From: Iphione sp. A-MEVVRFRX5
Lineage: Eukaryota
Direction of reading: 5' to 3'
DNA: 64,000 nucleotides
NCBI GenBank assembly: GCA_976226885.1
Contig: OZ320317.1
Location: forward strand, 77,810,001-77,874,000
The notes beneath the pieces were generated by a model. It was not told the origin of the DNA and ran no database searches. It saw only the letters and a list, made by a program, of their open reading frames with translations. A program made the position numbers and the translations under genes. The first letter of the stretch is position 1, and every line of letters starts with the position of its first letter. Below are positions 53,605 through 64,000 of this stretch, one piece after another.

Positions 53605-56600
53605 GTCTTGCATGTACATGTTTTCCCTCACAGGTTCTACAGTCCCGAAACCATCTCCCTGACAAAAGTAATGCAGTGAAAAAAGACATACATCCCGTCG
53701 TTTGCATATGATTAAATATATGCTCTATCCCATAAATTCAGGCCTGAAGGCTCAGTACCAAAAGTCCAACGTAGAAATTGGTTGAAAACGTCTGTGCACC
53801 TCAATGTCTGTGATCATCTATCCACGATTTGTATTTCGATTTTCCTCATGACAAACCCTAATCTATTTTATTTAGAATCGCGACGCGATACCGTATGGCT
53901 ACATCAGCTTTAACGTAATGGACACTCTACATTTTAAAAGCATGTTTGATTAATTTTGATCATTTTTCCTTTGCCATACGTTATGATTATACTTAAAAGA
54001 CCGTCGATGGTTTTCACAAACGCGTCTCTCCCGAGCTATGAGCGGCTCCTTATTAAATCACGAGTTGCTCGTAAGCGGGCCATCACCCCCCTCGGTAGTC
54101 AATGTCGAGGTCCGTGCAAGCCCCATAAAGGACGATGATAAAGCTCCCGTAAAACTTCACTCCCAGGTTCAATGCACCCTCCTAGCTCTGTTTCCTCCCT
54201 CCCGCCTGGGAAACGTACGGTTCGCCTCCTCTCCCAAATAACTCATGGTAAAAGGGAAGGACGGGAGTAACGACAGGTTTAGGACGGGGCGGGACGTAAA
54301 CCTAACAATTCACCTTTCTCTCTCTCGCTTCCGTGCCTCCCTCCCGTACCCTCCGGTGTATTTTATTACCACCCGTCTCTCGCTCACCTCACGGACCTAA
54401 TCTGCACTCACATCCCATCAGAGCTCTTAGGCGTACACACTCACTAAACTGGGACTTCGGTCCACATCAGGGAAGTGGGAGCTGTTGCGGAACGAACAAG
54501 GCCAATATACTTTTTTGAAGCAGAAAAAAATATGTTGTAGGTGAATGAATCTGTGCGACCGCAGGCTCTGTGGGAGACTCGGGACACTGACGGGTGGGTA
54601 GGACGTGACGAGCTGGGAAACCCCATCGCCTGGTGGTAGATGGATAATGGCGTAGCTGGAAGGTCGGGGGGAGGGAGAGGAGATGGGGTGGTTTGGGAGG
54701 AGGGGAGGGGTAGAGGTATCCCCTACGGACTGCTCCTGCCGTCACTCGGCCGGTCGCCTGACGTTATACATTCACTCATTATCGGCAGCGCTTCCGCCCG
54801 TCTTGGTGAAAGTTGCATGACGCCGTCGGTTGGTTGGCTGCCTTCACCCGACGCCAAACGGCCCCTGGCGATTTATGTCAGTGTTAATAACTGTCCTCCG
54901 TCGGGCGCCCCTACCTCCACCCCCGAGTAACCAGCCTCCTCGACAGGCACAGTCCCTCTTGCCTTGCCATCGAAGAGGAACGTTAATGTGTACACGTAGA
55001 GATAAAGGAGTACACAAATATACATACACAACTTTTCTTCAAGTACATACTGATTCATCAAAGTTATACTGGGTCGTTTGTCCTGGGTAAGATCAAATCG
55101 ACCGAACTCATACACGTATGGGAGTTTCCTGGTACAAATGGTTTAGATTGTAAATACGTAGACTTTTTCGAAATGCAAATGTTCCTTACGGGAGATGAAT
55201 GGTAAAGGGAATGTATCGACGTGTCCTGTATAGACAATGCATGGCCATGTACTCCAATTGGTATGTAACCATGTGATAGTTAAGGCAATGTCCTTTGATA
55301 CTGCCCTGCAACCAGGTAATACAAAGTAATGTGTGATAGTAGGTTAATGGAGGACTGCATTACGCAATGTATAGTGATATACTGTAACGGTGATGATTGG
55401 TAAGGACCATCAACATGCGTTGTAAAATAAAGGGCCGCGTAGAGAAATGAATGATTGTATACTGTAGTTGACAATGTATGCAGAAGTATTGTCAAAAGCA
55501 ATTCATCTCAAGTGTTCTCCTAATGTACGGGCACTGTTCAGTTGGAGTGACCAGATTTTCTTCAAACAAATATCATGTTCCAAAATCCACAAAGATCTCA
55601 CACTGTTAGTTTCCCATATGGAATGAAACTCTGCATCGGATATTACCTGTAAGATATTTGTGAAATATTGCTTTAGAACTGAGAATTCTGCCCTCCGACC
55701 CACGACTAGAAGACATTATGGTGGTCTTCCTGTGACAAATGTGACTGGGCTCCAAGCTTAGAACACGCTACAAATCTTTCTATGGATGGATTCTTAGTTA
55801 TCCGATCAAAATCTAAGTCTCGACCTCCACCAGACCGTAAATATTCCATGGAAACGTCCCCAGCGTCAAGCTAGCTTTGGAAATGGTAGCTATGAGTACA
55901 TATATTACGGTAACAGGCGATAAACGGGGAATTGATGATTTTTGTATGTCGATGTGACAGCACGTCACAAGGAAACGGGCCAAGGAGTAAAGTACTTCAT
56001 CATTCATGTCATGTCACTCTACTCTCCCGCTCATTGCGCCTGCTGCCACCGGCCCATTCTGTGCTGTCCTTCCCTGCCCACGTGCACCCCACCCCCTCCC
56101 CCTCGAAATTCTGTCCTCCTGTTTCTTCTCCTCCTCCTTTCCCATCAGACGGCCGGGCACTAAGTGCCCCATCAGACCGTATAAAATATTGATGCCCTTC
56201 CCATTAGAGCGGGAACATCTCCAGACGACAGCCCGCCCCTGACGTCCCCCGTCGCCATTCCGAAACCGAAAGCGAAACCGATACAACCGTGGCGCCCTCT
56301 GGCGGCCGTTGAGAGAGCCTGCTAGGCCAGGTGAACGGGCTGCTTCCTTCGCCTGTATTTTCGGCGCCGGGCCAAGAACAGGCTGTCAGGGGAGCATACG
56401 CCCGCGTTGACAAATGATGGAGCGAGCTCTGCGGAACTTTGAAATTCTCAGCGCGGGCGGCGGCGGGTCCCTTATGAGAGATACAGCGCTCGGTGATGGG
56501 GCTGGACGGCCGCCGATACTCTACCTATGGGAAATCAAGCATCTGCTGCGGCACATCCTCCGCATCGAAGCGACCACACGGCTGGCACCGCGCGATGGGA

Positions 56601-59600
56601 GGCGGTGCTTGTGTGTATTGGGTGGGGTGGGGAGTGCAAGGAAAACAGAAAGAAAACGGAGCAGCATGTGGTCGACTGCCTTCCCGTTAGCACGGACCAT
56701 TAGCGCGCCGGCCTCGCGCAGGGTTTAACCCGACTTAGTGCGGTCAGACGTGGCCGGGGATTCGACCATTAGCGGGGGCTGAGCTGAGCTTTTAGCCCCC
56801 GAAAGCCAACTCGGGATTAGCCCCCCTGGCCACGACGGGAAGACCGCCTCCTCTTTCCCAGGCCGGCCTACCTCGTCTTCCCCCTCCTCCCCAGCGGCGA
56901 TCGTCCTGGGGATAGGGAAGGGGGACGGCATATTAGAGATTGGGGATGTTTTGGTCCATTTCTCCTCCATCCAAGCCCTCACTTGCCCGACAGCCTCGAG
57001 CCAAGACGGCCCGAGCATGTTCCCGATTCCAATTTGTCCCTTGACTGTCTCCCGTCGCTCTTCCCACCCATCTACCCGCCCACCCCCCACGCCTTGCTAC
57101 ATCAGACCGCCCTTCCTGCTTCAGACCACCACTTACCCTGCCCATATAGCTACTATTTCTCGAGGGGATTGGGTAAGGCTCAGCTGAGACAAGCACGATC
57201 ACGAGGGAACATATGAGCTTCCTGCTCTATACAACACAAAAATACTGTGCCACTATCAGTACATGCTAATATAAGCAGATGGAGCCGACTTCTTTGCAGG
57301 TGTTGAATGGTGACCAAAACACTGTACATTCCATGTCGAACTCTACTTATTCATTCATTTTTCTTTCCCTGCACGTATTTCCATCGTCCTCTCCACCTTT
57401 CTAATTTTGTCCTTCTTTTCACATCACCCAGTCTCATTTCTTGCTATACTCCTTTCGGCAAACATGCCTTCGTCCCTTGTCGGCCTTGTCGATCTTTCGT
57501 GGGGACTAGCCGTGCATTACCAAGTCATCCCTTTTACAGGCACGAAAGCCAATCTCTTTCCCGAGCTCGAACTCCATTAGATGTCCTTCCATGTTATGTT
57601 CATTCGTGCGTGCGTGGCCAAGTTAACCACGCAGAGATGCTCTCTGAACATCCGATGCGGTCGGCTTGTCTGTCTCCAGTTTCTGTCACATGACTGTGCC
57701 CATGTCGCACTGCTCCCTGGCTGACGTGACATGACGTGTACATCAGCGGATGTACACAACACATGGAACAAGAGCCCCTCCCCAAAAGACAGTCAACACA
57801 GGCTCTCAGCCCACCTTAGTCTGCCCACCAGCAGGGGGAAGTCTATACGATCCGACCCGGCCTATAGCCAGACGCCGACAATGACACGTGATATGTGGGT
57901 CCGGTCACGTGATCGACTCGGTGGCTGTGCGACAGAGCCGCGTTTCCCGCCATATTGTCAGCCTGTCAGATCCTTCTCTCCTTGTTCTTACCCAGCGTGC
58001 TGGCGCGCCCACACACACTCACACAAACACACACGCACACATTGCCACGGCCGGAACCAAGCAAGTCAAAGCCCTAGTTTTCACTCAGAACATACCCCAG
58101 CTGGACCCCTGGTGTACGACCATTCAATAGTCGGTCAATGGCCATCTGTTTGTACTTTGTGACAGTGTCCGATTCGATTACTGAGTGATGACAGAAGTGA
58201 ATATGAAGGCAACGGAAAAAAGGTTGTTGGGGTTGGCGAAAGAATCACAGTGATGAAGGATGAATAGAGTCGCCTTCCTGTCCGCATGGCCTGTCTTCAG
58301 CAGCAAGGCGGCTTTTTGTCAATCGTCCATTCCTTCATCCCCTCCTCCCTTCCAGAGAAAGAAATCAAGCCAATCCTCCTACTCACCATTCCCCACGATG
58401 CAGACGCACACATACACACACACAGAGGACACAGATGGATTATTCTCATGTATTCTTCACACGCAAGATTCTGCTAGCATGCACATACTCGCAAACTACC
58501 GCAAGCCTCTTCCACACACAGGGGAGCCCGTCTCCCCGCACGCACACCTACAGAAAACCCTTGAACACTCTTACAATCACCTCCGCCCGCTGTCAACCGC
58601 TGCCAACAATGGACGACCTCCACTGAGAGACCACCATGAGGCGCACCTACAAAGCCACGTAGCAACCCTCGGTGTCTTTGACCGGAGGTCGTCGGCGTGA
58701 GGAAACCGTTCTAGGCGCAGCCAACGAACGACTCGCCATCTGGCGGTAGTTAAAGGGAAGTATCTTTGTCTGATCGATTCCTAATTCGACAGAAGTGTAA
58801 ACCAGTCAACTCAGTTTTGGAGGTGGGTATGAGGAGGCAACTTAATTCAGTCTCAGCCTGTCCATTCCTCAATGTTTTACTATCATACAGTCAATCTTGA
58901 GTCCCTTTCCGTACTTCTTTCCTTTTGTTCCTTATAGTTAGAGTAAAAAGTTCCTCTGGGACTCACTATTTATGAGCCCCCTTCTGTGACTTACACTGAA
59001 GTACACCATCTTAGATTCAGTCTCCGTGTAGCATGCCTTGTGTGACAGGCTCTGGAGAACTTCATCTTCGATTTAGCTTCCGTATATCATTCTCTGCGCC
59101 TTAATAAAACACGGGTTATCATATTAACTCATCACCGCATTCCCTATGTGAGTGACTATTACACAATTAGTCGTTCATACATATTCGGCATTTTTTTTTA
59201 GCATCGATAACATCTCAAGACATACTTTACTCATGCCAGTGTGTACGCCTTAAATCCATAGACGCACTCGCTGCTATACTTAACTATGGAGTCCCTCTCA
59301 GAAACTCTCTCACCAGCGTTATGATGAACCGAGCTACCCAGGTTATGTGCAGGAAGCTGTTTGGGCTCAGCCTGACAGAACTCCTCGTCTTGTTCTCCGC
59401 GCGGCCTTTGCCTCTTCAAGAGAAGTCTGCGTTCGATAAGAGGAGACGCAGCCAACCTAGGGGATTGTTGGCTCCTTGTCTCCCACGCCGATTCTACCCC
59501 CGCCATCTGCGCCTTCTTCCACCCTGACGCTTTTATGTGATGTGGCGTTTGTAAGGCTTGCATGTTGCCTATAGCCGCGCGCACAGAGCGATGATCCGAA

Positions 59601-60721
59601 AAGCGACAGTAGGAGGGCGGGTGAAGGTGACCATCGCATGTTTACTGGTGGTGTGAGTGTAGAAGAAGTCTGAGATCGATAATGTAATGCCAATACCACC
59701 CCATTACTCGCTCATATCAAGATAACACAACACAGGTCGTTTTTTTAATCGAACTCACGGTGCGCAATGCACCTGAGTATGGAAATGATGCTGTGGTAAT
59801 CTATTTTTTATCGAACATAATACTTCTCATTAATTTTATTTAAGAAAAAATAATCACTTGCACATGTTATGGTAAAGAATGATAAATCTGGGATTATTTA
59901 TAATTTCAAATGGCTATTGCAACAATATCTTAACAAATATAAACCTAGCTGATTTTGCGCATACGTACTTTATGGTTAATATCATTGCACTTACACAATG
60001 TACACGAACAGATTTAAATGGGCCTTTGGATATATCTATATTTTTATATACATAGGTACTATATTACGTAGCATGTGTTATTGTTCACATGGATGAGGTA
60101 AATTGATTCCAAGTTACGTCACTATCCCTGTCAGAAAATGCTGGTTGTTAGTCAACAAGGCGTGAATTCTGAGCGTCTTCTCTAACCTTCTTGGGTGCAC
60201 TCATCTGCGCACAGTGCCAAGTCCTGCTGCACATCGTCTCTTTTATTCTGGGCATACCACAGGGCTGTCAAGGATTCACCAGGCTCTCTTTAAACGACAC
60301 ATGCTAATCAGTTATTCTGTTTCATTCGAATACCTTTAAGAGAACAGTGTGTACTCGATGTTGAAGAAGTCCAGCTCCCTCGCCAACAACTAAACAAGAC
60401 GATCTTCCTGAAGTCTGTTACCCTATATATGTGTACATACATGCAGATGCATAGTCAAGGGGTGGGGATGGGGTGCGGGGGACGAAGTGCTGAACCTATA
60501 GTCAAGCAAGCTGAGGCAAAGTATATCCTCATATGATCAACCTCGTTTTAGTTTTTCTGTCCCATATTCTCAAGCACCCTTTACTGCACATTACGGGCAA
60601 CACTCTCCCGTTCATTTAGCTTAGATTTCTGTAAACCTGACTGCATTTTATCATATTTAATGAAAGTAGGTAGAACGAGAAAAGAACCGTAATAACCGCA
60701 TGTTATTTCCTTATCTTGCAG

Positions 60722-61006
60722 ACATGAAGGAGTACTGCCAATTTGAGACGTTCGAGGCCGAATGTCCGGAAGGGGGAGTAATCGTCATGACGCACGCGCG
60801 GTACGGCCGGATGCGGTTAGGCCGCTGCGTCGTCGCTGACCTCGGCTACGTCGGTTGTACCACCGACGTTCTCCATCTGGCCGACAGACGGTGCTCCGGT
60901 CGCCGGAAGTGCAAGATCCCCATCCCGGACGAAGGATTCGACGGCATCAGCACGTGTCTGACGGAGCTAAAGAAGTACTTCGAGGCGAGCTATAAGTGTG
61001 TTAAAG
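60722..61006 (+). CDS. Exon encoding one complete SUEL-type (galactose/rhamnose-binding) lectin domain
   Basis: DMKEYCQFETFEAECPEGGVIVMTHARYGRMRLGRCVVADLGYVGCTTDVLHLADRRCSGRRKCKIPIPDEGFDGISTCLTELKKYFEASYKCVK. Eight Cys in SUEL spacing, YGR motif, KY(F)EASY.C end. Polypyrimidine/CAG acceptor and G|GTAGGA donor; 285 nt, phase 1 at both ends. Confidence 0.95.
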
Positions 61007-63940
61007 GTAGGAGGCGAGGCAGCGGCTAATGCGCTCAGTCTTAGTAGGATTAGTGTGGTTAGGCCGAGGGAAGTGCCCTCGTTGGGTCACACAAAGATGG
61101 GATCAGTATGCCGGATAAGCAGTGGACAGACAGCAAGCCGTACTCTCAGAGTCTTCTTAACATGTGGGGTAAACACTGCACCTTCTCCTAGCCTACCTTT
61201 ATATTCATTCATGAATACAAGTAGATATTATTCCGTAATCCCGTTCATGGATGTGTATGTCCTCTCTTATCTGTTTGTTTTTCTTTTTTGCAATGAGTAT
61301 CAGTTTTCATTGTTCGCTAAAACCGCTCGGCACCGCAGAGGCAGATTACGTCCACAAGCCGCTCACTAATAAAGCCACAGATGACAAGACAAATCGCGAA
61401 AAAAATTCTAACATTTATATAGAGATACATGTATATGCAAGACATTTCCTTAGAGCTAGGATGCCGTACTCCGACATCTATTACATTAACTGCTCGACGA
61501 CGGTCACGCACCTATCGCCATCTCCATCATCAGAGGCGATTCCTGAAAGAAATCGTTAATCATCGTCTGGCTTCATCTCTATCCAGAATGCGTACAATCT
61601 TGCTGGCACAGACACAAGACTGGCCTGCCCCATGCTTAGCCATTCTTTTTCTTGCTCTCAGCCTTGACCTGGCAATTGGAAAGCAGTGGAGGCAAGGACA
61701 GCTGTGGAGGGTGGCAAAAGCGACGGGGAGGTGTCCAGTGTTGACCTGGCTTAGGGGTGCCAAGGGAGGGGCTACTTAGTGCTGAGTGCACGCACACGAG
61801 ATTCTGTCACTCGATGATGCCTGTGCCTCTGACGCTTATTTAAGGGGCGGCACGGGGAAGGGGGGAAGCTGAGCAGAGTCAGGGACAGGGTAGCAAATTT
61901 AATTCATTTGAAGACTGCAGCGAGTTAACTGGCCAAAATCGACTGTCAATGCTCATCGCACTCGTGGCCTTCACTCCGCAGACGTTGCTGGCCAACGTCC
62001 AGTTCCAGGCTAATCGTATATCGAGTCAGCACGTTGTTGGAGATTCCATGGCCCCGCCCTTCTCTGAATGTGTTCCTCAGATGGTAATTATCAAATACTG
62101 CCACGCTACATGTGACTATGTATTGATGTCTGTTTGCATGGCTTATCGGGGGCAGAGGCTGGCGGGCTGCTCAATAATTACCAAACGGATCCTAGCAGTA
62201 GTATGACACACAGTCTTGTAAAATTGAACACGCCATGGTCATTAACAGTGTTAGTTAATTTGTTCATCGTCACACAAGCGTGATGGCTACTGTGGCACTA
62301 CAGCCTCACCTACTAGAAGTAACACTTTGTTACCCTACTTGGAATGAACTACTTGAACTACTTGTTGCATGACGTTAGCATCGAACGAGCAAAATCCCAC
62401 CCTTACGCTTTAGCATCATCGTTGCCCTGTCTTCCCTTGGACAGACCGTTAAGAAAATGAGTTTGGGCATGGAAGTGTATTTTGGCATAAATGTGCTTCT
62501 ATTCAAGGCAAAGGGCCCTACAACGACTGGTCATGAGCAAGCGGTCTGCGTCTATCACAGACTTCGTGGAGCCCCTCAGTGTGTATTTTGTCGAACTGTG
62601 CCGACTACTGATGCCCCCCCCCCCGTGTCTGCCCATTGCTTCTTCGTCTTACACGACGCTATAGGCTAACGATCCAACCGGGCCTTTACCTCCAGTCCAC
62701 GCCAAAGTAGATTCTGCGGTGTCTCAAAACCCATTATGGCCACTTCCAAGTTCAATTTGGAGACGTCGAGCAGGAAGCAGGCAAAGTGCACAAATGGATG
62801 GGATGGGAGTGGGGGCCGGACTGACATTGGGTGAAGTATTGCCTAGAACACGGACGAGATGGTTCCTACTTTTTTTTATTTTTGAGGCTTAGATTGGAGG
62901 AGAGAGCCAGTGCGGGTTGGGGCAGAACCATAGGAAAGACCAAGGAATAGCTTAGGGGTGGGCTGGGGTGGAGGATGTGGTATCGGCGGGGGGGCGGGGG
63001 CAGACGAAGTAGCCTGGATGGTCATTAGCAGTGCCAGCAGGAGGGTGAGCAACAATGGCCTGACCTTGGGGATCAAGTCAGGCGGGCCAAGGTCATGGAG
63101 TGAAAGTGCTGGCCGAATGGTACTTGGCAGCGTGATAGCCATCAGTGGGCCATCAGGGACCGCCCCCTATCGGCCAATTTCCCCCTGAGATTAGTGCGGT
63201 GGAGGAGGAGGCGGATGCCTGCAAACATGGCGAGTCGCCTTTCAGCTTGTAAGGGCAGGGCCGGGTGGTAATGGCGACCTACTCACGCCGATGCATGTTT
63301 ATCGACCTCCTGATCGTAATCGATGCCCCCCCTGTCAGTGCAATGAAGATGACGGAGGGTCTGTCATCACAAAGAGGAGGCAGACTGTGTGCTTTTTTTA
63401 ATGAAAACCCTCGATGTGGGCTTAAAAGCAGTCAGCTGATCTAAAAAAGAACAACCTAAGATCCCGGATTCTAGATCCGAGATTTATGATGGGAAAAGGG
63501 ATAATTTCTTGAACTGAGTATCTACAGGCAATGCTTGGTTTAGAGCAAAACGGGCGTGGAGGTGTGTAAATAGATAATATTGGAGAAACAGACGGCATGT
63601 CGTCCAAAGAGCGAAACAAATGCAAAAAGAAAACAAGGTAAGAATGCCTGATGCTGAAAGCGACTAACTATGTGAAATAAAACTTGGATTGAAGTAAATT
63701 ACCAATATGAAATCATTCGTTCCTTCTGAAGTTGTAGAGCACGATGAAACAGGCTAACAGAAGAGAAGTTAAGGTTATAGACGTGCATGCAGCCGAGAAT
63801 GTGCCGAAGAGGCAGAGGATTCTTCCGCAGTGTTTTTTTCCTTTATAATAACTAACTACGGCGAAAGGTCACCGGACGAGAGAATTTCTTAGGAAACATT
63901 GGCAAGACACTAATGTGTCAGAGTCCTCTTGTTCCCGTTG

Positions 63941-63980
63941 TGGGTGGGTGGGTGGGTGGGCGGGCGGGCGGGCGGGCGGG
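63941..63980 (+). repeat. (TGGG)5(CGGG)5 compound G-rich microsatellite
   Basis: Read directly. Confidence 0.97.
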
Positions 63981-64000
63981 CAGAGCAGGGTAGGCGAGGC

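Larger units (their letters stand above)
24614..60721 (+). other. Inferred ~36.1 kb intron (GT...AG, phase 1) between the signal-peptide and SUEL exons
   Basis: GTGAGT donor at 24614 and ttatttccttatcttgcAG acceptor ending at 60721; the frames are compatible. No other convincing coding exon seen, but small exons cannot be excluded. Confidence 0.58.

Noticed and set aside
55813-56007. SKASLTLGTFPW resembling the LINE RT motif NKSL..G.FP..WK
   Set aside because: The expected downstream NYRPIS and other motifs are absent in all frames.
56740-56830. tRNA/SINE-like A and B boxes on the - strand (TGGTCGAATCC)
   Set aside because: The B box is imperfect, and no T-stem or acceptor stem can form.
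23942-58731. Shared 14-mer CAGCCAACGAACGA near the promoter and near 58.72 kb
   Set aside because: Several 14-mer matches are expected by chance, and the flanks do not align.
58796-59163. Solo-LTR candidate (TGTAA...ATTACA with AATAAA at 59103)
   Set aside because: No target-site duplication, PPT or PBS; such short termini occur by chance.
24614-60721. Array of alternative SUEL or signal-peptide exons in the intron (Dscam/protocadherin-like cassette)
   Set aside because: I looked for further YGR/GRM-Cys exons and for hydrophobic ATG exons with phase-1 donors and saw none. A TBLASTN of both exons against the intron would settle this.
1-64000. CRISPR array, operons, rRNA or other prokaryotic systems
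   Set aside because: No regularly spaced repeat-spacer units and no rRNA-like sequence; spliceosomal intron signals, microsatellites and LINEs show eukaryotic DNA.

Overview
Eukaryotic (metazoan) genomic DNA, almost entirely non-coding, with one 132-nt assembly gap. An annelid/lophotrochozoan origin is only an inference from the style of the lectin exon. The one host gene I can support is a + strand gene for a secreted or membrane protein with an SUEL (galactose/rhamnose-binding lectin-like) domain. It has a signal-peptide exon at 24502-24613 and a 285-nt phase-1/phase-1 SUEL exon at 60722-61006, which join in frame across a ~36.1 kb intron; the rest of the gene lies beyond the window. The only other clearly coding segment is a young, 5'-truncated L2/CR1-group LINE reverse transcriptase (- strand, ~2.73-4.0 kb). 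The remainder holds MITEs (one carrying an internal TTAGGG/CTAGGG array), LTR-like, piggyBac-like and LINE remnants, and microsatellites. It also holds many GC-rich blocks with recurring transcription-factor-type motifs (CRE, RFX X-box, CTCF-like, homeodomain/POU/Sox clusters). Nearly all other entries in the ORF track look like chance ORFs. I found no rRNA, tRNA, CRISPR array, ribozyme or prokaryote-type system, and no clearly new biological system. The best leads are the isoform and regulatory architecture of the SUEL gene and the telomere-repeat MITE.
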